A stretch of 64,000 nt of DNA from Gemmatimonadales bacterium (GTDB lineage Bacteria; Gemmatimonadota; Gemmatimonadetes; Gemmatimonadales; GWC2-71-9). The notes below the pieces were generated by a model, which saw only the letters and a list, made by a program, of their open reading frames with translations, was not told where the DNA came from and did not search any database. Positions 46,589-56,500 of the stretch are shown piece by piece. Made by a program: the position numbers and the translations under genes. The stretch lies in the NCBI GenBank assembly GCA_035759745.1, contig DASTUF010000044.1, forward strand, positions 6,099 to 70,098, in the 5' to 3' direction. How positions within the stretch are numbered: position 1 is the stretch's first letter; each line of letters starts with the position of its first letter.

Positions 46589-47398
46589 ATGACCCCGCAG
46601 CACTTCGACACGACATTTGCCGCCAGCGCGCCCGAGAACTACCAGCGCTACTTCGTACCCGTGATCGGCGATCCGCTGGCCCGTCATACGATCGCCGTCG
46701 CCCAGCTGCGACCCGGCGAGCGCGTGCTGGACGTCGGCTGCGGTACCGGCGTGGTAACACGGATGGCGGCGGAGCAGGTCGGCCCCGATGGCACCGTCGC
46801 CGGACTCGACGTCAATCCCGGCATGCTGGCCGTGGCGCGCTCGGTCACGCCGTCAGCACCCGATATCACCTGGCATGAGGCCAGCGCCGAGGCGATGCCC
46901 TTCCCCGACGCCGAGTTTGATGCGGTGCTGTGCCAGCTGAGCCTGCAGTTCGTGCCCGACCGGGCCCGGGCAGTGCGGGAGATGCGGCGCGTGCTCAAGC
47001 CGGGCGGGCGCCTCGTCGTCACCCTGCCCGGCCCGGCCGCTGCCCTGTTCAACATCATGGCCGACGCGATGGGCCGACATGTCGCGCCGGAAGCCGCAGG
47101 GTTTGTGCTGGCTGTGTTTGCGCTGCATGAGAAGCCGGAGATCGAGGGCCTCCTGACAGGCGCGGGCTTCCGGGATGTGCAGGTAGAGGCAGAGGTGCGG
47201 ACACTGGCCCTGCCGGCGCCGAAGGACTTCCTTCGGCAGTATGTCTCCGGCACTCCCCTCGCCGCCGTCGTGGAGAAAGCGGGGAACGCGGCCTATGCCG
47301 CCGTCGAGGAGGACGTCGTGGCGGCCTGGGAGCCGTACCGCAGCGACGAGGGAATGGACTACACCCAGCGCATTGTGACTGCGACGGCGCGGAAGTGA
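46589..47398 (+). CDS. class I SAM-dependent methyltransferase (UbiE/COQ5-like)
   Basis: VLDVGCGTGVVT (motif I) and LKPGGRLVV. AAGGAGG lies upstream of the ATG. Confidence 0.85.
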   Translation: MTPQHFDTTFAASAPENYQRYFVPVIGDPLARHTIAVAQLRPGERVLDVGCGTGVVTRMAAEQVGPDGTVAGLDVNPGMLAVARSVTPSAPDITWHEASAEAMPFPDAEFDAVLCQLSLQFVPDRARAVREMRRVLKPGGRLVVTLPGPAAALFNIMADAMGRHVAPEAAGFVLAVFALHEKPEIEGLLTGAGFRDVQVEAEVRTLALPAPKDFLRQYVSGTPLAAVVEKAGNAAYAAVEEDVVAAWEPYRSDEGMDYTQRIVTATARK

Positions 47399-47404
47399 TG
47401 GCGG

Positions 47405-47468
47405 CGGACGGCTGGATGGCTAGACGGCTAGATGGCTGGGCGGCTGGCCTGCCAGGCGGCTGGATGGG
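47405..47468. repeat. octamer array GGCT(A/G)G(A/G)N, complement orientation of 44324-44360
   Basis: acggctgg atggctag acggctag atggctgg gcggctgg cctgccag gcggctgg atgg. It starts 7 nt after the methyltransferase TGA. Confidence 0.75.
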
Positions 47469-47477
47469 TAAGGGTCG

Positions 47478-47526
47478 CCGCGAGCCCCGCTGCCTCCCGC
47501 AGGTGGCGTGGCTCGGCGGCCGCCCC
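47478..47526. repeat. REP-like ~50-bp element, copy 2 (inverted relative to 26165-26214)
   Basis: ccgcgagccccgctgcctcccgcaggtggcgtggctcggcggccgcccc. Confidence 0.7.
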
Positions 47527-47581
47527 TGATGGGCCGGTGCCCTAACGCGACACGGCCGCAGGCCGGTCACCAAGGAAAGCC

Positions 47582-48010
47582 ATGACAAAACACCAGCTCT
47601 CAGCCGCTGACCGGCAATTCCGCGAAGACTTCGAAGCCGGCCATATAGCGCCGGACGCCTTCAACCACCGGGCCCACGTGCGCCTGGCCTATGTCCTCCT
47701 GGCCGAGCACGATGTCGACGCTGCGATTTCCCTGATGCGGAACGCGCTGCAGTCGTTCATTGCCCACCACGGCATCCCGCCGTCCAGGTATCACGAGACG
47801 CTGACTCGGGCGTGGATCCTCGCGATGCGCCATTTCATGGCCGACGCCGTCGACGCCGAATCGGCCGACCACTTCATCGCTCGCAATCCCCGCCTGCTGG
47901 ATGCGAAGATCATGCTGTCGCATTACTCGGCCGAGGTGCTCTTCGGCCCGGAGGCTCGAGCGGGATTTGTGGAGCCGGACCTGGGGGAGATTCCGCGCCA
48001 CGAGAGCTGA
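47582..48010 (+). CDS. hypothetical protein
   Basis: 142-aa ORF with an ATG preceded by AAGGAAAG and coding-like codon bias, though more A/T-ending codons than its neighbours. No motif recognised. Flanked by repeats on both sides. Confidence 0.55.
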   Translation: MTKHQLSAADRQFREDFEAGHIAPDAFNHRAHVRLAYVLLAEHDVDAAISLMRNALQSFIAHHGIPPSRYHETLTRAWILAMRHFMADAVDAESADHFIARNPRLLDAKIMLSHYSAEVLFGPEARAGFVEPDLGEIPRHES

Positions 48011-48034
48011 CGGATTGGCAGGATTCGAACTGCA

Positions 48035-48329
48035 GATTGAGGGGATTCTGACTCGCAGATTTCGCAGATTTTGAAACTGCGATTTTGGGGATAGAGTCCG
48101 GGCCAGGTCCGTCCACGTCGTCCCAGGCAACTTTCGTGTTTGTGTTCTTGTGGGAGCGAAACTGTGGTCCGGAGCCCATTACCGGCCCCAGGCACCGGGA
48201 CCCAAGCGTACTCCCACAAAACAACAACTCTTGAGGCTGCCCTGGGCGCGGAGCCAACCTGGGCGCCGGACATCCCCCAAATCGCAGTACCCAAATCTGC
48301 GAAATCTGCGAGTCAGAATCCCCTCAATC
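48035..48329. mobile_element. MITE-like ~295-bp imperfect palindrome with ~58-bp terminal inverted repeats
   Basis: The left end gattgaggggattctgactcgcagatttcgcagattttgaaactgcgattttgggg is nearly the reverse complement of the right end ccccaaatcgcagtacccaaatctgcgaaatctgcgagtcagaatcccctcaatc. The interior is also roughly self-complementary (ttgtgggag/ctcccacaa, tccgggccaggt/acctgggcgccgga). It contains no ORF with coding character. Confidence 0.55.
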
Positions 48330-48342
48330 ACCGCCGAGCCGC

Positions 48343-48732
48343 CTAGCCGTCTCTCTCCAGCACCGCCACCGCCGCCGCGCTCACATGCGTATGCGTCAAC
48401 GACAGATGCAGCCGGAACGGCCCGTGTGCCGCGGCCGCCTCCGCCGCCAGCCCGCTCAGCGCCACGCTGGGCCGGCCGGTCTCGTCCCGCCAGACCTCGA
48501 TGTCCTTCCACCCCACCGCGCGGCAGCCCGGCAGCGTCTGCATCGCCTTGTACACCGCCTCCTTGGCGGCAATCCGGGCCGCCATGTGCGGCACCGGATC
48601 CTCCCGCGACTCGACGTACACCCGCTCCTGCGCCGTCAGGAACCGGTCCAGTGCCTGCTCGGCCCTCCGCTCCAGCATCCCCCGCACCCGGCTCAGTTCC
48701 ACCAGATCGATCCCCACCCCCAGCACCGTCAT
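48343..48732 (-). CDS. acpS: holo-[acyl-carrier-protein] synthase
   Basis: ORF trimmed to MTVLGVGIDLVELSRV...AAKEAVYKA...SLTHT. ATGA overlap with the upstream gene. Confidence 0.85.
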   Translation of the reverse strand: MTVLGVGIDLVELSRVRGMLERRAEQALDRFLTAQERVYVESREDPVPHMAARIAAKEAVYKAMQTLPGCRAVGWKDIEVWRDETGRPSVALSGLAAEAAAAHGPFRLHLSLTHTHVSAAAVAVLERDG

Positions 48733-49475
48733 CCGATCCCCCAGACCCGCTCCGCCACCGGCCGGAACCAGTCGGGTGATGACAGGAATCCACCCAGCAC
48801 CAGTCCCGCCCAGAGCAGCACCGCCGCGATCGCCAGCGTGATGACCCACAAGGGCAGGCGCGGACGCTTCCACCCCCGCACCTGGCCAACGTCCTCCTGC
48901 CACGCGGCCTCTTCCGCGCGAGCGGCCTCCTCCAGCGCAAACCAGGCCGACTCCAGCCGCCGAGCCACGCCGGTAAGCGCCTTCTTCCACAGCACACCGG
49001 CATCGCTGGTGCCCGCCGCATCCCGCACGGCGCGACGCATTAGCAACTCCATGCGGTCGAGCGCTTCCACCAGCGCGCCACCGCCGCTGCCCAGCCGCAC
49101 CGCGATCCCCCGCCGCTCGTCGTCGGTGAGCATCACCTTCTGCAGCTTGCGCCGCGGCAACCGCGACTCATGGGAGGCCGACGTGAATCGCTGCTCGATC
49201 CGCGTCGCCACGCGCGCAGCCGCCGCTGTCACTGCCCGCTCCCACGCCGCCTGCCAGCCGTGCCGGTTGAGCGACTGCAGCGCAGAGTCGAGGTCTCCGT
49301 CGGCAGCGAAGGCCCGTGCCGCGCCCGCCAGCTCAAAGAGTTCGGTCACCAGCGAGAGCCGCACATCGTCCAGCGGCACCAGGCTGCTGGTGGTGCCGGC
49401 CGGCGCCGCCAGCCGCCCAAGCAGCGGTCCCAGCTCCGGAATGATCGACGCCTCAGCCTCCATTGGCGCGCTCAT
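48729..49475 (-). CDS. hypothetical protein with C-terminal TM helix
   Basis: Trimmed to MSAPMEAEASIIPELG (ATGA overlap with the HAD stop). Helical Ala/Arg-rich body and one TM helix (LWVITLAIAAVLLWAGLVLGGF). Confidence 0.55.
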   Translation of the reverse strand: MSAPMEAEASIIPELGPLLGRLAAPAGTTSSLVPLDDVRLSLVTELFELAGAARAFAADGDLDSALQSLNRHGWQAAWERAVTAAAARVATRIEQRFTSASHESRLPRRKLQKVMLTDDERRGIAVRLGSGGGALVEALDRMELLMRRAVRDAAGTSDAGVLWKKALTGVARRLESAWFALEEAARAEEAAWQEDVGQVRGWKRPRLPLWVITLAIAAVLLWAGLVLGGFLSSPDWFRPVAERVWGIG

Positions 49476-50173
49476 CCCAGGATGGCGGCCATCACCGCCT
49501 CGGTATCGGAAAGATCCGGCAGCACCGCCCACGGCTGGTGGGCGCCGAGGTCCTCGAGGGTGTACGCCCCGGTGGCGACCGCGATGGCGCGAGCGCCTAT
49601 GCCTCGGCCGCAGGTGATGTCGGCCGGTGTATCGCCGATGATCACCACTTCCTCGCCGGTGGGCACGTGGCCGAAGAGCGGCCGCGCCCGCGCGGCGGCG
49701 ATGGCCGGAAGTTCCGTGCGATCGTGCGAGTCGCTGCCGTACGCTCCCACCACGAACTGCCTTGAGTCGATCCCGGCGGCGCGCAGCTTGAGCTCGGCGC
49801 CGTCCACCAGGTTGCCGGTGAGCAGTCCCAGCGCCACTCGCGGCTCGCCGGCGAGCCGGATCAGCAGCCGCTCGATGCCGGGCATCAGCGTGGTGGCGGT
49901 CGCTCCCGAGGCCAGCTCGCGTTCCAGCAGCGCCACGTAGCGGCGGCAGAGCGCGGCGACCCGCTCGCCGTCGTGCGGTGGCTCATGCCCCGCCATCGCC
50001 AGCATCTCGCCCACGATCTGGGGATCGGTCTTGCCGTCGAACCGCATGTGCTGGAAGGACGACACTTCGCCCACGTGCTCACCCAGCGCGGCGGTGATGG
50101 CCCGCCGGCCGGCGCCGGCAGTGAGCAGGATGGTGCCGTCGATGTCCAGCAGGACCAGCCGATCCGGGTTCAT
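49472..50173 (-). CDS. HAD-superfamily hydrolase (phosphoglycolate phosphatase-like)
   Basis: LVLLDIDGTIL (DxDGT motif I), GLLTGN, VVIIGDTPADI. Confidence 0.8.
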   Translation of the reverse strand: MNPDRLVLLDIDGTILLTAGAGRRAITAALGEHVGEVSSFQHMRFDGKTDPQIVGEMLAMAGHEPPHDGERVAALCRRYVALLERELASGATATTLMPGIERLLIRLAGEPRVALGLLTGNLVDGAELKLRAAGIDSRQFVVGAYGSDSHDRTELPAIAAARARPLFGHVPTGEEVVIIGDTPADITCGRGIGARAIAVATGAYTLEDLGAHQPWAVLPDLSDTEAVMAAILG

Positions 50174-50958
50174 CCCCGCACCCGCCTCGCCGCCACCAGC
50201 CGGGGCCGGAGCGCATCGCCGGCGCGAGACCCAGGCAGGAAGGATTCCCGCAGCACGCCACCGCAGCTGATGGTGCTGTGCACCAGCGACACTCCGGTGG
50301 CGGCGAATGCCACATGGGTGATGTGCTCACCCGACTCGCTCTTGAAGAAGAGCAGGTCGCCCGGCTGGACCCGATCCAGCTGGACCGGCTCGCCTGCCTC
50401 GACCTGCTTCGAGGAATCGCGTGGCAGCATCACGCCCCTGAGCGCCCAGGTGGTCTGCACCAGTCCGGAGCAGTCCACGCCCCAGGGCGTGACCCCGCCC
50501 CACTGGTAGGGCGAACCTCGGAACTGTTCCATCGCCCAGTCTTCGGGCGGCACTTCGCTGGCGTCGGCCCGGATCGCCCCCGCCTGGCGCACCCTGCCCT
50601 CCACCACCCGACCCAGCCGCCCGTCGGGCAGCGTCACCATGCCGTCGTCATCCAGCGCCAGCCGCGCCCGCAGGGGAGTCCGCACCAGGTCGCCCCCCAC
50701 GGTGATCAGCGCACCCTCCGACATGGCGTCCGCGCTACGGCGCCACGCCTCGGCGTGCAGGTCGTCGAGCACGGCGACGTAGCCCCGGTGCACCCAGCCT
50801 TCGTAGGCATCGGCATCGGTCAGGATGCGGATCCAGTCGCGATCAGTGGCCAGCTGCTGGGCGGCTTCTCCCAGCACCAGCTGGCTCACCTGCTCTTCGC
50901 GCACGTCCGGCTCCCGATTGATGGGTGCGATGGCGGCCGTGGCAACAATCGTGGTCAC
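50170..50958 (-). CDS. C40 (NlpC/P60) peptidase with N-terminal SH3b-like domains
   Basis: YQWGGVTPWGVDCSGLV (catalytic Cys) and HVAF..LVHS (His). I use GTG 50958, which overlaps the stop of the upstream miniprotein (GTGA). Confidence 0.8.
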   Translation of the reverse strand: MTTIVATAAIAPINREPDVREEQVSQLVLGEAAQQLATDRDWIRILTDADAYEGWVHRGYVAVLDDLHAEAWRRSADAMSEGALITVGGDLVRTPLRARLALDDDGMVTLPDGRLGRVVEGRVRQAGAIRADASEVPPEDWAMEQFRGSPYQWGGVTPWGVDCSGLVQTTWALRGVMLPRDSSKQVEAGEPVQLDRVQPGDLLFFKSESGEHITHVAFAATGVSLVHSTISCGGVLRESFLPGSRAGDALRPRLVAARRVRG

Positions 50959-51161
50959 GCTATCGGTGTCTCCCCGCGGCACGACGCGCACAGCGTGATG
51001 CCGCGAAAGGTGCAGATGAGGCAGATAAATGTGCCGCAGCGGGCGCAGGGATAGCCCTCGGAGGCGCGCTCCTCGTTACCGCAGGAGCGGCACCGCATGG
51101 CGTCCGACGCCGGCACTGGCGGCTCCTGGGCCGGACCGCCGGCCTCGTTCGCGTCCGTCAT
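50955..51161 (-). CDS. 8-cysteine zinc-finger miniprotein (four CxxC pairs)
   Basis: MRCRSCGNEERASEGYPCARCGTFICLICTFRGITLCASCRGE has spacing C-x2-C-x11-C-x2-C-x4-C-x2-C-x7-C-x2-C. High GC3. The start lies 7 nt after the activator stop. Confidence 0.5.
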   Translation of the reverse strand: MTDANEAGGPAQEPPVPASDAMRCRSCGNEERASEGYPCARCGTFICLICTFRGITLCASCRGETPIA

Positions 51162-51168
51162 GGCTGCC

Positions 51169-52515
51169 TCAGTTGGTGATGCCGTACCGCTTGATCTTGT
51201 TGATCAGCGTGGCGCGGGAGATCCCGAGTTCCTGCGCCGAGCGCGTGCGGTTGCCGGCGTGATGCTTCAGGGTGCGATCGATGTGCTGCCGTTCCAGGTC
51301 CTCCAGGCTCAGCGGCGTGTGACGCCGGTCGCCCACGCCGGGGCGGGCCCGGAACTCGCCCGGCAGGTGCTCCACGCTCAGCGCCACGGCGCCCCGCCCC
51401 AGGATGAGCCCCCGCTCCAGCACGTTGCGCATTTCGCGCACGTTGCCGGGCCAGGGATACTGCACCAGCCGGTCCAGCACTTCCGCCGTGAGGGTGGACG
51501 GGCCATCGGGAAGCTCGCGCCGGAGGTCCGCCACGATCCGGGTGATGAGCGCCAGCCGGTCCTCGCGGGTCCGGTCGCGCACCGCCGGCAGGTGGAGCGG
51601 CATGACGCTGAGTCGGTAGTAGAGATCCTCCCGGAACCGCCCGTGCTCCACCGCCTCATGGAGGTTGCGGTTGGTGGCCGCGATCAGCCGCACGTCCACC
51701 GTGGTCTCCCGGGTCCCGCCCAGCCGGCGGAAGGTCTTGGTCTCCAGCACCTTGAGCAGCTTGGGCTGGAGCTCGGGGACCAGGTCGCCTATCTCATCCA
51801 GAAAGATGGTACCACGGTCGGCGATCTCGAACAGCCCCTGCTTCTTCTCCTTGGCGTCGGTATAAGCCCCCTTCTCGTGGCCGAAGAGTTCGCTGTCGAG
51901 GAAGGTGGCGTTGAGGCCGGCGCAGTTCACCTCCACGAACGGCTCCTTGGCGCGGGGGCCGACGTCGTGGATCATCCGCGCCACCCAGCCCTTGCCGGTC
52001 CCCGACTCCCCGGTGAGCAGCACCGTGGTGCGCTCGCTCTGACCCAGCAGCGAGATCTGGTGGGCGATCTCCTGCATCTGGCCCGACTCACCCAGCGACT
52101 CGGGGCCGCGCTCATCGGTGCCCTGCTCCAGCAGGGTCTGGTTGACCCGCCGCAGCCGCACCTTGTCGGAGACCCGCGCCGTGGCCGCGGCAAGGTGCGC
52201 CATGTCCACCGGCTTGGTGAGGAAGTTCTCGGCGCCCAGCTGCATCGCCCGCACCGCCGTGGCCACGTCGTTCTGCCCGGTGAGCAGGATGACCGCCGCG
52301 CCCCGCTCGCGCAGGGTCTCCAGCACCTCCATCCCGTCCATGCCCGGCAGCGCCAGGTCCAGCACCACCACTTCCGGGCGGATCCGGTCGAAGGTGGCGA
52401 GGCCGGCCTCGCCGCTCAGCTCACGGGTGACTTCGTAGCCGAGCTTCTCGAAGTAATTCCCGATCGAGCGCAGCACGTCCACGTCGTCGTCAATCAGCAA
52501 CACCGAATCTGCCAT
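51169..52515 (-). CDS. sigma-54-dependent Fis-family response regulator (NtrC-type bEBP)
   Basis: Receiver domain (VLLIDDD...DLALPGMDG), AAA+ domain (GESGTGKG, a GAFTGA-like ELFGHEKGAYTDA, ETKTFRRLGG), and a C-terminal HTH (AQELGISRATLINKIKRYGI). Confidence 0.9.
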   Translation of the reverse strand: MADSVLLIDDDVDVLRSIGNYFEKLGYEVTRELSGEAGLATFDRIRPEVVVLDLALPGMDGMEVLETLRERGAAVILLTGQNDVATAVRAMQLGAENFLTKPVDMAHLAAATARVSDKVRLRRVNQTLLEQGTDERGPESLGESGQMQEIAHQISLLGQSERTTVLLTGESGTGKGWVARMIHDVGPRAKEPFVEVNCAGLNATFLDSELFGHEKGAYTDAKEKKQGLFEIADRGTIFLDEIGDLVPELQPKLLKVLETKTFRRLGGTRETTVDVRLIAATNRNLHEAVEHGRFREDLYYRLSVMPLHLPAVRDRTREDRLALITRIVADLRRELPDGPSTLTAEVLDRLVQYPWPGNVREMRNVLERGLILGRGAVALSVEHLPGEFRARPGVGDRRHTPLSLEDLERQHIDRTLKHHAGNRTRSAQELGISRATLINKIKRYGITN

Positions 52516-52547
52516 TCAATGTCTCCAGCTCGTTCAGGGGTACGGCG

Positions 52548-52612
52548 TTTGAGTCGAGAGTCGAGAGTTGAGAGTCAAGAGCGACTTCTCTCTCAACTCT
52601 CAACTCTCAACT
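52548..52612. repeat. hairpin with tandem GAGAGT(T/C) heptamer arms
   Basis: tttgagtcgagagtcgagagttgagagtcaaga - gcgacttc - tctctcaactctcaactctcaact. The right arm ends in the TAG (complement) of the DAG-kinase-like gene. This is the same unit family as 24386-24470. Confidence 0.8.
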
Positions 52613-53492
52613 ACACAGGTACCATCACGTTCAGCGCCCCCGGCACCACCGTTGCCGTGAAGGGGGTCTCGCCACCCGGCTCGCCATCCAGCTGCACTGG
52701 CTCTATCGGTTCGGTCTCGACCCGGATCTCCCGGCCCCGGGCAAAGCTCACGAACCGGTCCTGGCCCTGGGCCGGGGCGTCGCGCAGCAGGTCCCAGATG
52801 GCCCGCGTGCTTTCGAGCAGGTTGCCCGCCCGGAGCAGCACCACGTCCAGCAGGCCATCGTCCGGCTGGATGCCGTGACGCAAGCGCACCAGCGGCGGGA
52901 TCACTTCGCCGCAGTTGGCCACCAGCACCATCGCCGCCTCGGTCTCCATCTCCACGCCGTCCACCGTGATCTTCATCCGCGCCATGTGCAGCTCTTCCAG
53001 CAGCCGGAAGGTGGTGGCGACATAGGCGGCGAACTTCCACTTGTGCTTGTGGGCCGCGGCGGTGCCGGCCATGACCCGCGCGTCGTAGCCCGCGCCGCAC
53101 GCCACCGCGAAGTAGTGCTCTCCGTCGCGCCGGCTCATCCGTCCCAGGTCCAGCCGGCGGGCCCTGCCTTTCACGATTACCTCGGCGGCGCGCACCGGAT
53201 GCGCTGGTATGCGGAGGTTGCCGGCCAGCAGGTTGCCGGTGCCGCCCGGGATCACGCCCAGGCTCACGCCGGTGCCGACCAGCGCCGCCGCGGCCTGCAT
53301 GGTGGTGCCGTCGCCCCCGAACACCGCCACCACATCCACGCCCTCGGCCACGCCGTACTCGGCCAGGCGGCGCGCATCTCCGGGGCCGCCGGTCGCGAGC
53401 ACCTCGCCCTGCCACCCGCCCGCGCTGAAGGTGCGCATCACCGCCGCCACCGTGTCGGGGTGGGTGCGCGCCGCCGCCGGGTTGATCACCAC
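52611..53492 (-). CDS. diacylglycerol kinase-family lipid kinase (YegS/BmrU-like)
   Basis: VLVVINPAA..., FGGDGT, IPGGTGN. The track ORF extends into tamB, so I start at GTG 53492. CTG 53507, overlapping the tamB stop, is an alternative. Confidence 0.75.
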   Translation of the reverse strand: MVINPAAARTHPDTVAAVMRTFSAGGWQGEVLATGGPGDARRLAEYGVAEGVDVVAVFGGDGTTMQAAAALVGTGVSLGVIPGGTGNLLAGNLRIPAHPVRAAEVIVKGRARRLDLGRMSRRDGEHYFAVACGAGYDARVMAGTAAAHKHKWKFAAYVATTFRLLEELHMARMKITVDGVEMETEAAMVLVANCGEVIPPLVRLRHGIQPDDGLLDVVLLRAGNLLESTRAIWDLLRDAPAQGQDRFVSFARGREIRVETEPIEPVQLDGEPGGETPFTATVVPGALNVMVPV

Positions 53493-53503
53493 CAGGACCC
53501 GGC

Positions 53504-56500
53504 TCAGAACTCGCTCTCCCAAAGAATGTCGAAGCCGATCTGGTACGCGTTGGTCGGCTGGAACTGGTTGAGTATCCGGCAGTCGCGATAGGTAGGCTCG
53601 AACGAGGTCTGGAGCCGCCAGCTCCGCGAGAGCCGGTAATCGAGGCTGGCGCCGAATCCCACCGGGCTGGTGCCGCCGCTCACCGCCGAGCACACCCCTG
53701 CGTTGAGCCGCACGAAGAGGTCGCGCCCCAGCTGCCACCCTGCCGCCAGCTGAAGAGCGTTTCCGCCGGCCCGGGTGCCGCCGGCCAGCACCGGGCGGAT
53801 CTCGAGCAGGTCCACCGGGATGCCAAGGTCGCTCACGATGGCGCGCTCGATGTCGCTCGACACCGACGCGGTCACGATGGACGTGAGGCTGGACAATGCC
53901 TGCCGCTGGCTGAGGCTCACCTGGGAAGATGGCACGCCGACGACCAGGTAGCTCACCAGGTCCACTTCCGGCAGCGGCGGCTGGATGGTGGGATCGGAGC
54001 GCAGTTCGAGCTGGGGCCGGAGCAGGGTGCCGGTGATCCGCGCGATGACCGGGATGTCCTGCCCCGATTCGGCCCGCACCACGTGCTGGGCCTCGATGTC
54101 GAGCCCGGCGTTGAGGTCGGGTGTGCCGAAGTAGCTCACGCTCCCGCGCTGCACGTCGAAGTCGCGCGACACCGGGCCGATCTTGAGGGTATAGACTCCG
54201 GGTCCCGCCTCGAGCACGCCATCCATCCGGTACTCGCGCCGCACCTTGTTGGCGCGCACCTCGCCCGCCAGCTTGATGTTGGCCTCGCTGGACCGGAGCC
54301 AGAAATCGCTGCCCAGCTCGAGGTTGAAGTTCTCGACCCGCAGCTCCTCGATGAACTGGTTCTGGATTCCTTCACCCAGCCGCTGCCGCCGAATGGCGAG
54401 CGTGTCCACCAGGTCGAGGTTGGTGGGATCCTCGAGGTCGATCACCTGCTTGTTGAGCAGGTCGGCAAAGTAGAGCACACCGTCGTTGGCGACGCCGGAG
54501 CCGGTGAGCGTGGCGCCGAAGAAGGGACCGGTGATCCGGAATCGCCCTGAGGCGGTGAGGTCGAGGAAATCCCGCTGCTGGATCGCCTCGAAGTTCTGCG
54601 CCACCAGGTCGAGGTTGAGCACCGGCCGCGAGAGCTCCTCCAGTTTCACCACGCCGTTGGCGCCGAGCGCGCCTTCGCCGCTGGTGACCCGCAGGTTCTC
54701 GACCAGCACCGAGTCGCCCACGAACCGGGCGGAGCCTTCCATCCCCTTCCACTCGACGTTGAGCCCCCGCACGAGCATCCCGCCGTTCTTGACCGTGAGA
54801 AAACCCGACAGCGCCGGGTCGGCCCAGGTGCCGCCGATGCTTATATCGGCGTCGAGGAAGCCGCTCACGCGGTCCACCGAGGGCACGAACGGCTCGATGA
54901 TGGCGAGGTCCACGCTGTCGCCTAGCGCATGGATGCTCACCGGGCCATCCAGCCGTCGGCTCTCGACTTCGCTGGAGCCGAGGTAGTACGGCAGCGCCGC
55001 CTGCAGGGTCATGACCTGGTTGCCGGTGCGCCACAGGAGGATGTCGGCGTTGAGCCGGCGATCGGCGTAGTTGAGCACGCCCTCGAGGTACGGCAGGTGG
55101 GAGTCACCTATGGCGAGGCCGTCCAGCTGGGCGCTGCCGGTGAAGGTCGGCTCCACCGCGGTGCCGCCCAGCTGGAAGCTCCCGCCCAGCCGGCCCTGCA
55201 CCCCTCCCGGGTCATGGCCCGCGATGGCATAGAGCGCCTTGAGGTCGAGCCCGAATGCATCGATGGTCATGTTGCCGGGGCCGTCGAACGGCAGCCGCCC
55301 GGCCACCCGGAGTTCGCCGCTCCGGTCCAGCGCCGCGATGACCGTAGTGTCAAGCAGCGGCGCGCTGTCGCTCAGCGCAAAGGTGGTGGGCGCCAGCAGC
55401 CGCCAGACGCCTGGCGCGAGATCGGCGCGAAGCGTGTCTATGCCCAGCAGCATGGAGTCGCCCAGGCGAAGCCAGCCGGCCCCGTCGAACCTCGGGCCGT
55501 TGCCCACGCCGGTGCCGGCGCCCCACGACACCGAGTCCATGGTGCCGTCCAGCACCAGCCCCAGCGAGTCAAAGCTCCACGGGGTGCCAACGGTGTCCGG
55601 CTGCACCGAGAACGAATCAGCCCGCACATCCAGCTGCACCCGCCCGCCGTCGCCACCCGCGGAGCCGAACGAACCCCATAGCCTCGGCGCGCGATAACCC
55701 TGGAAAGCCAGCTCGCGCGCATCGAACGATCCCACCACCGCCAGCGAATCGAGATTGCCGCTCAGCGCCAGCGCGCCGGTGGCGGTGCCGGCGAGCGGAA
55801 CTTCCCAGTGGCGGCTGCTGTCGCGGGCCTCACCGGTGAGCGCCAGCAGCAGCGAGTCGAAGGCCACCAGGCTGTCGGCGGCGAGCCGGAAGCTCATCAC
55901 GCCCTCGTGCGGCGCCGCCCAGCCCAGGGTTCCGGCGCCGCCGGCACGGGCGCCCTCCCATTCGGTATAGAGCGTGTCGACCGTGATGACGCTGTCGGCC
56001 ACCGCCGCCCGAGCGAAGAGGGTGTCGATGGTCCACTCCCGCACCGCGCTCTGCCGCAGCACCAGCTCGAGGCTTCCCTCGGGCGCGCTGATGCTGTCGA
56101 TGGTTCCGGTGGCGAGCGCGGTGCCGGTGAGGCGGGTTCGTACGCCCTTTCCCTGCAGTGCCTGGAGATCGAGACCGGAGAACTCCACCGCCAGTGCGTC
56201 GGCGCCCCAGCGGGGCGGCATCATGGTCATTCCGCCCGAGGCGCGGATGGTCCCGATCTCGCCGGTGAGGTCGGCATCCACCTGCATCTGTTCCAGGGTG
56301 CCGTTCATCGCCAGCCGGCCGCGCACCGCACCGGTGGTGGCCAGCCCGGGGAATCCCCGCCGGATCCCCTCGAAGTCGAGCGGCTCCAGCGCGACATCCA
56401 TATCCACGCCCAGCACCTCGCCCCTGGTGTCGAGCCGTACCTGGCCGGTGAAGGCGCTCACCGGCCGGTCGCCGTCGTGGTGGCGGGCGTTGCCGACGAA

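Noticed and set aside
48015-48045. tRNA gene suggested by GGATTCGAAC (complement of a T-loop)
   Set aside because: On the minus strand only a 4-bp GCAG/CTGC stem around TTCGAATC can be drawn. No acceptor-stem complement, D-arm or anticodon arm can be built from the flanking sequence. At best it is a tRNA-derived fragment.
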